From an uncultured Acidobacteriaceae bacterium (lineage in GTDB: Bacteria > Acidobacteriota > Terriglobia > Terriglobales > Acidobacteriaceae), in the NCBI GenBank assembly GCA_963697175.1, contig CAVONC010000028.1:19718-83717 (forward strand): a stretch of 64,000 nt of DNA, in the 5' to 3' direction. This document shows positions 34,035 to 44,423 of the stretch, piece after piece. Within the stretch, counting starts at the first letter, position 1. Each line of letters opens with the position of its first letter. The notes beneath the pieces are model-generated. The model made no database searches. It was not told the origin of the DNA and worked only from the letters and a program-made list of their open reading frames with translations. A program made the translations under genes and the position numbers.

Positions 34035-34670
34035 TTGAATTTTCTTTTCACTCATCCTCGCGAAGTCGCAACGCTCACAGCGGAACACCTGTGGCTGGTC
34101 GGGGTGTCGATGCTGCTGGCCATCGTCATCGGAGTGCCGCTTGGAATTCTGCTGACGCGGCGGCCAAAATGGAAAGCTGTTGTCTTAGGCAGCACAAATG
34201 TCGTCCAGACGATTCCCAGCCTCGCTCTCTTCGGATTGCTGCTACCGCTGCCCTGGCTGGGCGCGCGGGCAGATCGCCTGGCCATCGTTGCCCTGGCCTT
34301 GTACGCGTTGCTGCCGATCGTTCGCAACACGTATGTCGGCATCGCCGGCATCAGCCCGCCGGTTCGTGAGGCCGCGGTTGCGATGGGGCTCACGTCGGGA
34401 CAGCTTCTCTGGAAGGTCGAACTTCCGCTGGCGCTGCCGGTGATGCTCGCGGGAATTCGCGTCGCTGCCGTGATCACCATCGGAGTGGCGACGATCGCGG
34501 CTGCGATTGGAGCGGGAGGTCTCGGCGAGTTCATCTTTCGCGGCATCGCCATGGTGGATAACGGAGTGATTCTGGCCGGAGCGATTCCCGCCGCGTTGAT
34601 GGCGCTCGCCGCCGATCTTTCGCTGAGCGGCGTCGAGAAGCTGCTGGTTCGCAACCGAAAAGACAGTTAA
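34035..34670 (+). CDS. ABC transporter permease (osmoprotectant type)
   Basis: TTG start. The protein is polytopic, and NVVQTIPSLALFGLLLPLP...LYALLPIVRNT is typical of OpuBB/OsmW-type permeases. Confidence 0.85.
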   Translation: MNFLFTHPREVATLTAEHLWLVGVSMLLAIVIGVPLGILLTRRPKWKAVVLGSTNVVQTIPSLALFGLLLPLPWLGARADRLAIVALALYALLPIVRNTYVGIAGISPPVREAAVAMGLTSGQLLWKVELPLALPVMLAGIRVAAVITIGVATIAAAIGAGGLGEFIFRGIAMVDNGVILAGAIPAALMALAADLSLSGVEKLLVRNRKDS

Positions 34671-34804
34671 CCACAGAGACACGGAGAAAATCGGGATTCT
34701 TCAATTCATGAAGGGAATAGAGATTCTGTGCAATCCGAAGATGCGGGTTTGGTGAACTCCTGAATGAAATCTCTTGGTTCCTCCGTGTCTCCGTGACTCC
34801 GTGG
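34669..34804. repeat. long inverted repeat built from CACGGAG/CTCCGTG heptamers
   Basis: The left arm is accacagagacacggag (34669-34685). The right arm is ctccgtgtctccgtgactccgtggt (34780-34804). It lies between the permease stop and the binding-protein start. Confidence 0.75.
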
Positions 34805-34819
34805 TGAAAAGATTCCGAT

Positions 34820-35714
34820 ATGGATCGCCGCACATTTCTCTCCGGATTGATGCTGGCCTGTTGCGCGGGCTGCACGTCCCACGAACCCGAGTTAACTGTG
34901 GGCTCCAAGAATTTCACCGAGCAGCTGATCCTGGGCGAACTCCTCAAGCAATATCTCGGCAACGTTTGCCGGATGCGGGTCGAGGGGCGTTTCTATCTCG
35001 CCGGAACCTACATCTGCCAACAGGCAATCCTCGCCGGACGCATCGACGCTTATGTCGAGTACACGGGCACCGCGCTGGCGGCGATTCTTGAAAGAGCAAT
35101 ACTCCGGAAGTCCGGCTGCGGTTTATCAGCGCGTGAAGGAGGAGTACAAACGCCGCTTTGATCTGGACGTGATGCCGCCGCTGGGATTCAACAACAGCTT
35201 CGCGATGGTGATGCGAGGGGATGAAGCGCGACGGCTGGGAGTAACCACGCTGTCGCAGCTGGCCAAATTCGCTCCGCAGATGCGGCTGGGCGTCGGCTAT
35301 GAATTCCTCGAGCGGCAGGATGGATACAAAGGCCTGGTCAAGACCTATGATTTGCGCTTCGCCGATGACCCACGCGTCATGGATCTCGGCCTGCTGTATC
35401 GCGCGCTGCAGAACAAGTCAGTCGATATAGTTGCGGGGAACAATACCGACGGTCTGATCGCTGCGATGGGGCTGGTCGTGCTCGAAGACGACAAGCACTA
35501 CTTTCCGCCGTACGACGCGGTGCCGATTGTGCGACCGGCGATGTTGCAGAAATGTCCGCAGGCACAAGCGGCATTCGATCGCCTGGCTGGCCGCATCACC
35601 GCCGACGACATGCGCGCGATGAACTACGCAGTCGATGGAGAGAAGAAAGATGCAGGAGCAGTGGCCAGGGAGTTCCTGGCGAGCCATCAACTGTTGTCAC
35701 CGCAAACCGCATGA
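34820..35714 (+). pseudogene. osmoprotectant ABC transporter substrate-binding lipoprotein, apparent frameshift near 35087-35094
   Basis: The lipobox is LACCAGC. The first frame reads ...LTVGSKNFTEQLILGELL...YVEYTGTALAAIL. The next frame continues KEQYSGSPAAVYQRVKEEY...LGFNNSFAMVM...FPPYDAVPIV. Confidence 0.8.
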
Positions 35715-35862
35715 ATTAGGTCGTCTGCGGAAGCGGCGACGCGACCGCTGTGATCCGAGCTCCCAATCACAAGCTGCGCGGCCGGTTCACCTGCTATTTG
35801 CAGAAAACTGCGCAATGCGCATAATCATCTTACCGGCTGATCGGCAATGGCCGACTGGAACG

Positions 35863-37356
35863 ATGCAGATACGAGCCTTCTTATTTTTCATCATCGCACT
35901 CTGTGCACTGCCGATGCCGGCACAGACTCGAATGGAAACCATCACCATCGACGCCAGCGCCTCTGCTCGTCCGTTTCCGCATTACTGGGAGCAGATGTTC
36001 GGCTCGGGTCGGGCGATTCTGAGCTTGCGCGATTCCTATCGCCGTGACCTCAAAGCGGTGCATCAGATCACAAATTTCCAGTACGTCCGCTTTCACGGAA
36101 TCCTGCTGGACGACGTCGGAGTTTACGACGAAGACAAGCACGGGCAGCCGGTCTACAACTTTTCTTATGTCGATCAGATCTACGACGGACTGCTTGCCGC
36201 GGGGGTAAAGCCGTTCGTCGAACTAAGCTTCATGCCATACAAGCTGGCGGCGCAACAGCACCTGCAGTCATTCTGGTATCACCCCAACGTTTCGCCGCCG
36301 AAGGATTACGCAATCTGGGACGATCTGATCACCAAGCTGGTCAAGCACCTGGTCGATCGATACGGCATTGAGCAAGTCTCGAAGTGGTACTTCGAGGTAT
36401 GGAACGAACCGAATCTCGATTTCTGGACGGGAGCGCCGCGCCAGAAGACCTACTTTGAGCTGTACGACCACACCGCGCGCGACATCAAAGCGGTGAGTCC
36501 GAAGTTGCGCGTTGGGGGGCCGGCAACGGCACAGGCGGCGTGGGTTGGCGACATGATCAAGCACACCGAGCAGTCGCATGTGCCACTAGATTTTGTTTCC
36601 ACGCATGTCTACGGCAACGATCAAGCCAGCGACGTCTTCCATACCGATGAAAAGATTACGCGCGATCAGATGGTCTGCCGGGCGGTGAAGAAAGTGCACG
36701 AGGAGATCAAGTCGTCGTCGCGTCCCGACATGCCGCTGATTTGGAGCGAGTTCAACGCCGCCTATGACAATGAGGTTGCGGTGACCGATTCCACCTACAT
36801 GGGCCCGTGGCTGGCGACGACCATTGCGCAGTGCGACGGCCTGGCCGAGATGATGTCGTTATGGACCTTCTCCGACGTCTTCGAGGAGCAGGGCGTGGTG
36901 AAGACGCCGTTCTATGGCGGTTTCGGACTGATCGCCGCCGGCAATATTCCCAAGCCGTCGTTCTATGCGATGCAATTGCTGCACCGGTTGGGCGATCAGC
37001 GTATCGAAAACAGTAATGCAAATATTCTCGTAACGAAAGCAAGCGATGGGTCGCTGGTAGTCGCGGTCTGGAATCTGGTGAATCCCGGCTCAACCGGCGA
37101 GCCAAAAACGGTGAAACTGCAATTCAAGGGAGTGCGGCCCAATGCCAAGGTTTCCGTCTGGTATGTCGACGAGCAGCACGGCAATACTCTTGGAGCCTGG
37201 GAAAAGATGGGTAGCCCACAATATCCGACGCAGGCCCAGACGAAGCAGCTGCGCGAGCAAGCGCGAACCGTAGCTCCAGAAGACGAAACCCTGACCGACG
37301 GCACAATAACGCTGCGGCTGACGGTGAACGGGCTGGCCGTGCTGCAGTTGCGATAG
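35863..37356 (+). CDS. glycoside hydrolase family 39 (beta-xylosidase-like), secreted
   Basis: ATG 35863 precedes a signal peptide. YVRFHGILLDDVGVY and WYFEVWNEPNLDFW (acid/base Glu context) are typical of GH39. Confidence 0.8.
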   Translation: MQIRAFLFFIIALCALPMPAQTRMETITIDASASARPFPHYWEQMFGSGRAILSLRDSYRRDLKAVHQITNFQYVRFHGILLDDVGVYDEDKHGQPVYNFSYVDQIYDGLLAAGVKPFVELSFMPYKLAAQQHLQSFWYHPNVSPPKDYAIWDDLITKLVKHLVDRYGIEQVSKWYFEVWNEPNLDFWTGAPRQKTYFELYDHTARDIKAVSPKLRVGGPATAQAAWVGDMIKHTEQSHVPLDFVSTHVYGNDQASDVFHTDEKITRDQMVCRAVKKVHEEIKSSSRPDMPLIWSEFNAAYDNEVAVTDSTYMGPWLATTIAQCDGLAEMMSLWTFSDVFEEQGVVKTPFYGGFGLIAAGNIPKPSFYAMQLLHRLGDQRIENSNANILVTKASDGSLVVAVWNLVNPGSTGEPKTVKLQFKGVRPNAKVSVWYVDEQHGNTLGAWEKMGSPQYPTQAQTKQLREQARTVAPEDETLTDGTITLRLTVNGLAVLQLR

Positions 37357-37365
37357 GTCTGACTA

Positions 37366-37437
37366 GTTCCTCAGCGGCAAAAGCCGCAGTCATTTTGCGG
37401 CATCAACGGACGGCCTGAAGGGCGTCCCCTTCAAAGA
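37366..37437 (+). repeat. 72-bp REP family: GTTCCTCAGCGGC.AAAGCCGCAGTCATTTTGCGGCAT.AACGGACGGCCTGAAGG.CGTCCCCTTCAAAGA (copy 1)
   Basis: It is nearly identical to 43021..43092, and a partial copy occurs at 49027..49079. It contains two hairpins. Confidence 0.85.
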
Positions 37438-37444
37438 CAACGGC

Positions 37445-38365
37445 TTAATCAGCGCCTCTCTGGCGTCTGCGATTCGACGTTGCTGCACCTTCCGCGCTCT
37501 TGAGTTCTCTCTCCAACAGCTTGCGGTTTCTCACGGGCAGAAAATTGAGTGAAGCGCGAGCCAGCGCGACGTAGACGGCTCTGGCTTCGGGCAGGTTCAG
37601 GAGCTCCGCCAGATGCTTGCGCACGGTTGCCACGTCTCCGCGGACGAGCGGTCCGCTGAAGGCCGAGGCAGCTTCCTGCTGCAAGTAATTGCGAAGCGTC
37701 TGCGACAGCAGTGGCTCCATCACACGTTTGATTTCGGATTGACGAATGCCGGCCGCGCGAGCCACCTCCTCGAGCGATGCCATCAGCGCAATCACCATCG
37801 GCGAAGCGAAGCTGCCGAAGACGTGATACAGCACCTTGTTCTGCTTCTTGATGACGAACGATCTACCGCCGAGATCCTCGACGATGGATCTTGCCATCCG
37901 CACTGCGCCCGCGTCACCCTCGACAGCGAACGAGATGCCAGCCATTTCTGGCACCGCGCTGCGCACGAACGTCATCATGGGATGAACCGAGGCGACGCGT
38001 GCGCCCTTCGCTCGCAGAGGCGACAACTCGTCGCTGGTGAGCGCGCCACTGGAGTGAAAGACGGTCTTACCTTTCCAATCCTGTGAGGACGCCAGAAGGC
38101 TCGCTACGCTCGCGATTGCATCGTCAGGGACGGTGATCCAGACCACGTCGGTTGGCAGAGGCTTGCCCACGTCGATGACCCGCGCATGTATCTTGCGCCC
38201 CAGAGCTTTGACATGAGCTCGCTTGTGACGTGCCACGAGGAACTGCACTTGATAGCCTGCGCGAGGCAAGAGTCAACGCCAGGGCAGTGCCGAGATTCCC
38301 TGGACCGACGATGCTGATCGACGGGACGGGCTTTGGATGGCGATGGCTTGGCCACGGCGGGCAGA
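37445..38365 (-). pseudogene. Rossmann-fold DUF2520 domain protein, two apparent frameshifts in the 5' end (about 38262-38272 and 38318-38326); start uncertain
   Basis: The body (HSSGALTSDELSPLRAKGARVASVHPMMTF...LYHVFGSFASPMVIAL...GPLVRGDVATVRKHL) is DUF2520-like. The dinucleotide-binding SISIVGPGNLGTALALTLA lies in a second frame, and a possible N-terminus (VAKPSPSKARPV) lies in a third. Confidence 0.65.
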
Positions 38366-38422
38366 ATAGCAGATTTCGGTGGAGTTAGCGGGCGGCATCG
38401 CGCCGCCCGCATCAGGGACAAC

Positions 38423-39475
38423 CTATTTGGGTTTGGCGCCGAAGGTGATGCCCAGACCGGTGGTCAGCACCAGATCATTGTCCTTCTTGCCAGTGAGCGG
38501 TTTGCTATTGTAGATATCGCCGAAGGCCAGGTTCCAGGTAAGCGCTTTGTAGAATTTGCTGGCCACGGTGAAGGTACCCACGCCGCGATAGTTCCCCGAA
38601 TCATTCAGGTAAGGATAGAAATAAAGATTCTGCGTAATGGTGGTGTTGGCGTTGAAGGCGTACGTCAAAATCTCACCGATGTTGGCGTTGACGTAGTTAT
38701 TGGTTACGCCTCCGACGTAGTTCTCATAGGTGTAGCCGAAACCGCCCTGGAGGTCGAGGGTGGTCGTCTTACTGGCGATGACGTGATAGCCCAGGCCGCC
38801 GTCGGGGCTGAGACGTTCATTCAAACCCTGCAGGTCGTCGTAGAGTCCGGTAAACATTCCAAAGCCATAAAGGCGCGGAGTCAGGTTGTGGCTGTAGGTA
38901 AGTGCGCCTCCGAATGTGTTGGCGGTGGTGGCAGTAACGTTGCTGGCCGTGCTGGTGCTGTACAACGACGCCGCGACGACGTTCCACTCGTCGGTCGTGG
39001 TCTTGCGATCGGCGGTGAAGCCGAGAGCCAGGTTCGTCGTGTCGGAGTTGCCGCGCGCCAGCGCGAAGCCGAAGCTACCGCCTCCCATCCAGTCCTCGAG
39101 GAATCCTGGGTGAAGCGAATGCTCGTAGGCAGCCTGATCAGCTTGCGAGCGGATAACGGCAACGTCAGACTGCGGGATGGTCTGTGTGCCGGAAGCTGTT
39201 GCGACAGCGATTGACGAGTCCTGCGCGTTGACCGTGCCGGAGACGACCTGCTTGTCGGTCTTGGTCACCACCATGGGCTGGTCGGAGGTGAACTGCGTAA
39301 CTGCGGCCCAGTCAATCGTGACATCGCCGGCATAGTCCGTATGAACGGTCAGCTTCTTGTCAGTAAGGCTGACGATGGCGCCGGTAAGGCGATCACCGTT
39401 CTTGAGCGTGACTTGCGCGGCCTGCAGGGCCACGCAGCAACAGCAAACCAGGGTGATGCAGACAAAGGTCTTCAT
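38423..39475 (-). CDS. DUF481 family outer-membrane protein
   Basis: A signal peptide is followed by VTLKNGDRLTGAIVSL...LTVHTDYAGDVTIDW and then a barrel region (GGGSFGFALARGNSDTTNL...). This matches the DUF481 (YdiY-like) architecture. Confidence 0.7.
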   Translation of the reverse strand: MKTFVCITLVCCCCVALQAAQVTLKNGDRLTGAIVSLTDKKLTVHTDYAGDVTIDWAAVTQFTSDQPMVVTKTDKQVVSGTVNAQDSSIAVATASGTQTIPQSDVAVIRSQADQAAYEHSLHPGFLEDWMGGGSFGFALARGNSDTTNLALGFTADRKTTTDEWNVVAASLYSTSTASNVTATTANTFGGALTYSHNLTPRLYGFGMFTGLYDDLQGLNERLSPDGGLGYHVIASKTTTLDLQGGFGYTYENYVGGVTNNYVNANIGEILTYAFNANTTITQNLYFYPYLNDSGNYRGVGTFTVASKFYKALTWNLAFGDIYNSKPLTGKKDNDLVLTTGLGITFGAKPK

Positions 39476-39692
39476 GGCGAGGATTCTCCATTGGCGATGT
39501 AGTAACGACGCGAGACGAGGGCGCTATGAGGGGCCCGGATGAGTCGCAGTAGGAAGCTGGCTGCGCCTCTGATTGGTCACAGACTGTTGACCGGTTCACT
39601 CATTCTAAACGCAAAGTAGCCGGCTGAGCGCACAATTAAGAGGTAGAAAGCGATGGACTGGTGCCGCAGCTCCCGTCTGAAGTGCAGTTACA

Positions 39693-40718
39693 ATGTTGTA
39701 CAAGATGAAGTTTCGCCCGCGCTTCTCATCCCGGTGCATTTCCATCCTTCTTAGCTTGGCTGCTTGCAGCGTCGGTTGTAACAAGCAACAGCAGCCGCCC
39801 GCGGAGGCTTCAGCTGCGAGCGCTCCTTTGCCTGCCAGCAGCACCTCGGAAACTCCGCAGCCGGTATCGACGACGGCCGTTGCTGGCCGCAATACTTCGA
39901 AGCCGCAATTCAACGGAAAACGCGCCATGCAATATGTGAAGGAGATTGTCGCGATGGGCGCGCGTCCGCCGGGAAGTGCAGCGCACGCGAAGCTGGAGGA
40001 ATACATCCTTTCCAAGTTGAACGGGGTGGAGGTGGAGCAGGACAAGTTCACCGCGCAAACGCCGGTGGGGAAATTTCCGATCAACAACATCATCGCGAAA
40101 TTTCCCGGCACGAAGGATGGCGTGATCGTCGTCGCCGGCCACTACGACACCGCATATCCGCTAGGGAAATCGTTTGTGGGCGCGAACGATGGCGGCTCGT
40201 CGACGGCCCTGTTGCTGGAATTGGCGGATGAACTTCGCGGTAAACAGCTGGAGGGCTACAGCATCTGGCTGGTGTGGACCGACGGGGAAGAGGCGTTCGT
40301 ACGATGGACCGATACGGACAGCGTGTACGGCGCGCGCCAGCTCGCGCAGAAGTGGCAGGCGGATGGCACGGCGAAAAAGGTCAAGGCGTTCATTCTGGTC
40401 GATATGATCGGCGATGCCGATCTCGACATTTTGAAAGATGCCAAGTCCACACCCTGGTTGCGAGATCTGGTGTATCAAGCGGCTAGTAATCTCGGTTATC
40501 AGTCCCACTTTTACGATTGGTCGACTCCCATGGAGGACGACCATGGCCCGTTCGTCAAGATTGGCATCCCTTCGGTCGACCTGATCGACTTCAGCTACGG
40601 ATACAACAATGTTTTCTGGCATACGCCGGATGACACGGTCGACAAGCTGAGCGCGCAATCGATGGCGATTACCGGGGATGTGGTGCTGGAGACGATACGG
40701 CTGGTGAATGGCAGGTAG
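39693..40718 (+). CDS. M28-family peptidase (aminopeptidase/glutaminyl-cyclase-like) lipoprotein
   Basis: The lipobox is LAACSVGC. It has NIIAKFPGTKDGVIVVAGHYDT, GANDGGSSTALLLELA, LVWTDGEEA and FWHTPDDT. Confidence 0.8.
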   Translation: MLYKMKFRPRFSSRCISILLSLAACSVGCNKQQQPPAEASAASAPLPASSTSETPQPVSTTAVAGRNTSKPQFNGKRAMQYVKEIVAMGARPPGSAAHAKLEEYILSKLNGVEVEQDKFTAQTPVGKFPINNIIAKFPGTKDGVIVVAGHYDTAYPLGKSFVGANDGGSSTALLLELADELRGKQLEGYSIWLVWTDGEEAFVRWTDTDSVYGARQLAQKWQADGTAKKVKAFILVDMIGDADLDILKDAKSTPWLRDLVYQAASNLGYQSHFYDWSTPMEDDHGPFVKIGIPSVDLIDFSYGYNNVFWHTPDDTVDKLSAQSMAITGDVVLETIRLVNGR

Positions 40719-40734
40719 TTACACAAGAGAGTCT

Positions 40735-40811
40735 TTCACCACGGAAACACGGAAAGCACGGAGTGCAAGAGAACAGGATCATTTCTGTGTATTCCGTGCT
40801 TCCGTGGTGAA
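40735..40811. repeat. inverted repeat built from CACGGAA/TTCCGTG heptamers
   Basis: The arms are ttcaccacggaaacacggaaagcacggag and attccgtgcttccgtggtgaa. It lies between the M28 peptidase and fur. Confidence 0.75.
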
Positions 40812-40883
40812 ACTCGCATTCCCGGGGCGAGTATTATGCTGATAGCAATTTGGGCGCGACGTAATTGAGATCCCGGGGAGCAG

Positions 40884-41381
40884 GTGCCTATGCTCCAGAA
40901 ACGCATCGACGATCAGCCGACGATCTCGCGCCAGATGGTGCGCGAGGCGGAAGGCGTATTTCACACCCACCTGAAGCGCGTTGGATTGAAGCGCACCGGG
41001 CAGCGCGATATCATCCTGCGCACCTTTCTCGACACCCGCGACCATCTCTCCACCGACGAACTGTACCGGCTGGTCAAGAAGCAGGACGACTCGATCGGAT
41101 TCACCACCGTCTATCGCACTTTGAAGCTGTTGGCCGATTGCGGACTGGCCAGCGAGGTCGCCTTTCATGACGGCATCGCGCGTTACGAGCATCAGTATCA
41201 GCGGCGCAATCACCATCACATGGTTTGCACCGAATGTGGCAGTTCGGTGGAGTTCTTCTCGCCCGACATCGAGCGCATCGAGCAGGAGATTGGGCGCAAG
41301 AACAAGTACGTGCCCACACGGCATACCTTCCAGATCTATGGCGTGTGCGCGAAATGCCAGAAGAAACAGAAGCGGGCGTGA
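40884..41381 (+). CDS. fur: Fur-family transcriptional regulator
   Basis: It has LKRTGQRDIILRTF, STDELY...SIGFTTVYRTLKLL and HHHMVCTECGSSVEF...CAKC. The start could be 40890. Confidence 0.9.
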   Translation: MPMLQKRIDDQPTISRQMVREAEGVFHTHLKRVGLKRTGQRDIILRTFLDTRDHLSTDELYRLVKKQDDSIGFTTVYRTLKLLADCGLASEVAFHDGIARYEHQYQRRNHHHMVCTECGSSVEFFSPDIERIEQEIGRKNKYVPTRHTFQIYGVCAKCQKKQKRA

Positions 41382-41590
41382 AGAAGGGGATCCTACAGTA
41401 GGTGGAGGACGCCTTCAGGCGTCAAAGCCATCTCGCCTTGGTTGTGCGCTTTAGCGCCCGAGGTACGGGGTTGATTCACCGCAGTGGCTAAAGCCAAATC
41501 TGTAGGGCAGCACGCTGATGCACCGCTAAAGCAGTGCTCCACCCTTTCCGCTACCAACTCGACCTTGTTTCTGCAACAATCTCGACGCTT

Positions 41591-42943
41591 ATGCCCACTC
41601 TCACCGAAGCAGCGGAACAGATTCGCAGCCGCCGTTTGTCTCCTGTCGAACTGACGCGCGAGTGTCTGGCGCGCATTGAGCGACTCAATCCGGATCTCAA
41701 CGCATTTATCACGGTTACTGCCGAGCAAGCTCTGGAATCGGCACGTCAAGCCGAGTCCGAGATCAGCGCCGGCAACTATCGCGGACCGCTGCACGGCATT
41801 CCAATTGGCCTTAAGGATCTGTTCGACACTGCCGGCGTACGCACTACGGCGGCGAGCAATCAGTATCGCGATCGCGTGCCAACAGAGGATGCCGAGGTTG
41901 TGCGGCGCTTGAGGCAGGCGGGCGCCGTGATCGTGGGCAAGCTCAACATGCACGAATTTGCTTTCGGAATGAGCGGCGTGGTCAGTGCTTTTGGGCCGGT
42001 GCGGAATCCGTGGAATCGGGAACGCATTACTGGCGGATCATCGTCCGGTTCGGCGGCTGCGGTTGCGGCGGGACTTTGCTTGGCGGCGTTGGGAAGCGAC
42101 ACATCAGGATCGATTCGGTGCCCTCCGGCATTGTGTGGAATTGTTGGACACCGCCCGAGCGCGGGCTTGGTCAGTACCAAGGGAGTCGTGCCGCTGTCGA
42201 CGTCGTTCGACACGGTCGGGCCGATGACAAGCACAGTGCGCGACGCGGCGATGTTGTTGGATGTTCTAGTGGGTCAGTCGAGCTACGCGTCGGTGTTGGA
42301 AGAGGATGTGTCGCGGCTGAGGGTCGGGGTTGCTCGCAAGAACTTCTTCGACGATCGTGGATCCCGATGTCGCGGCCTGCGTGGAAGCTGCATTGGGCGT
42401 GGTGAAGAAGTTAGTGGCTGAGGTTCACGACGTGGAAGTGCCCGTCGACGGCTTCCGCACGATTTTTGACGCGGAGATTTATGAGTATCACGAAGGGATG
42501 ATCACCGACCATCCAGAGCGGTACCAGCCGCTTACGTTATTCCGGCTGCAGAAGTGTGCCGGCATCAACGCCACCGACTACATCCGCACGCGTCATCAAC
42601 TGGAGGCTCACCGTGCGAAGGCGGAGAGAATCTTCGAGGCTGTAGATGTGGTGGTCACGCCGACAACGCCGTCACCTGCTCCCAAGATTGCTGATCTGGA
42701 GGCGCTGCCTATCGCGGATGTGCGACCGTTCGAAATGAAACATCTCATGCGGAATACTCTGCCGTTCAGCGCGCTGTATTGGCCGAGCTGTCGGTGCCAT
42801 GCGGATTTACCCGCGATGGGCTGCCGGTGGGAATGCAGATTTCGAGCCGGCCGGGTGGGGATTCGACTTGCCTGCGGCTGGGTTATGCGTATGAGCGCGA
42901 GACGGGGTGGAACGAGCATAAGCCACCGATGGCGCGACTATAG
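41591..42943 (+). pseudogene. amidase (amidase-signature family, GatA-like), two apparent frameshifts (about 42352-42358 and 42783-42790)
   Basis: The start is ATG 41591. It has GIPIGLKDLFDTAG and GGSSSGSAAAVAAG...GSDTSGSIRCPPALCG. Later segments continue in other frames (VDPDVAACVEAAL..., then ELSVPCGFTRDGLPVGMQISSRPGGD...). The stop is TAG 42941-42943. Confidence 0.85.
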
Positions 42944-43000
42944 GGGTCCTTCGACTCCGCGCGAGCAAAGGCGGCTCGCGCTCCGCTCAGGATGACACGG
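42942..43000 (+). repeat. REP family AGGGGTCCTTCGAC...GCTCAGGATGACACGG (copy 1)
   Basis: It shares both ends with 51518..51571, and the central hairpin differs. Confidence 0.75.
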
Positions 43001-43020
43001 ATTGAAGAAACTCTGAGTAA

Positions 43021-43092
43021 GTTCCTCAGCGGCTAAAGCCGCAGTCATTTTGCGGCATTAACGGACGGCCTGAAGGCCGTCCCCTTCAAAGA
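43021..43092 (+). repeat. 72-bp REP family (copy 2)
   Basis: See 37366..37437. It lies downstream of the amidase gene. Confidence 0.85.
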
Positions 43093-43157
43093 TAACGACT
43101 CAGTCAAAGCCTCCTGAGTAGTTGGCGCGCCTTGCAAATTGACAGTGGTGCCCTTCG

Positions 43158-43210
43158 GCGAAAAGCGAAAAGCGATCCGCGAGAAGAGATGGGCGAAGAG
43201 CGGCCAGCGG
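43158..43210 (+). repeat. period-7 tandem array GCGANNN (7.5 units)
   Basis: The array reads gcgaaaa gcgaaaa gcgatcc gcgagaa gagatgg gcgaaga gcggcca gcgg. It abuts the murB stop (43214). Confidence 0.8.
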
Positions 43211-43213
43211 TCT

Positions 43214-44267
43214 TCAAAATCCTACGAAGACCGGCTCCGGGTCGAGCGCGATATCGAATTTCTCCATTACGCAAGCCTGGATTTCATCTTTTAGCGCGAT
43301 GATCTCGGCTGCGGTTGCGCCCCCGCGGTTGATGATCGCCAACGCGTGTCGTGCGCGAGATGCCGGCGTGCCCTTTGATGTATCCCTTGGTGAAGCCGGC
43401 GTGCTCCACCAGCCACGCTGCCGGCAACTTGCGGAGGCCGTCGGCTGCTGGATAACTCGGCAGCTGCAACTCGGCGCTCAAGAGCCGCGCAGAGAGTTGC
43501 TCAAAGAAAGTGTGCGGCACGATGGGATTCTTGAAGAACGATCCCACACTGTGGGAGTCTTCATCGCCGGGAACGATGAGCATGGCCTTGCGGCGGCGAA
43601 TCTCTCGGACGGCGTCTCTTACCTCGGCCAGCGTCGGCTCATTCGAACGGGCCGGCGAAAAATTGTTGCAGATCGGCGTAACGGAGCAGTTGGTTTGCCG
43701 CCCTGCCGGAGCGCAAACGAGACGCGCAGGATGATGTATCTTCCGCGTTCGCTGGTATTGAAGATGCTGGAGCGATAGGCGAAGCCGCACTCTGCATTCG
43801 ACAGGGTTTTCACCTCCATCGACTGCAGATCAAGCACGCGCACTTCCTGGATCGTGTCGGAGACTTCCTGGCCATAAGCGCCGACGTTTTGCACGGGCGT
43901 GCCGCCGACGGTGCCGGGAATTCCACTCAGGCATTCCAGGCCAGCGCAATCCGCCTCGACCGTCTCCTGCGACGAGTGCGTCCCAGTCGTACCCCGCGCC
44001 GGTGACGAAGGTCACGATGCCATGTGGCGCCGTGGAAACTGCGAAGTCGCTGATCGCGATCTTCAGCACCAGCCCGGCAAATCCTGTGTCCGCGATTACG
44101 ACATTGCTGCCGCCACCGAGTACGAAGAGCGGCAGCGCGCGCGAGCGGGCGAACTCGACGGCTTCGATGACGTCGGATTCCGTCGACGCTTCGGTAAAAT
44201 AGCGCGCTGGGCCGCCGACGCCGAGGGTCGTGAGAGGAGCCAGGGGGGCGTGTTCACGGATGAGCAT
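43214..44267 (-). pseudogene. murB: UDP-N-acetylenolpyruvoylglucosamine reductase MurB, at least four apparent frameshifts
   Basis: The fragments MLIREHAPLAPLTTLGVGGPARYF...VLGGGSNVV, ...GTPVQNVGAYGQEVSDTI...CGFAYRSSIF, ...EVRDAVREIRRRKAML...SVGSFFKNP and ...HALAIINRGGATAAEIIALKDEIQ...DPEPVFVGF-stop lie in alternating frames. The breaks are near 43970, 43700, 43650 and 43353. Confidence 0.85.
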
Positions 44268-44394
44268 CGCGTTGGAAACATAGTAATTGGAATGCGACGG
44301 GATTGCCTCGTCTTAGCCGCCCGTGGTGACAGAGGAGAGTTCTTGAAATCGGTCCCTCTGGGGCTAAAGCCCCGCTGATATTTGTGGGCTTTAC

Positions 44395-44423
44395 GGCACG
44401 GCTGAAGCCGTGCCCCTTCAAAA
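44395..44423 (+). repeat. REP hairpin GGCACGGCTGAAGCCGTGCC-CCTTCAAAA
   Basis: The same module occurs at 19033-19060, 45693-45721 (ggcacgactaaagtcgtgccccttcaaaa), 55119-55138, and inverted at 18901-18928. Confidence 0.8.
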
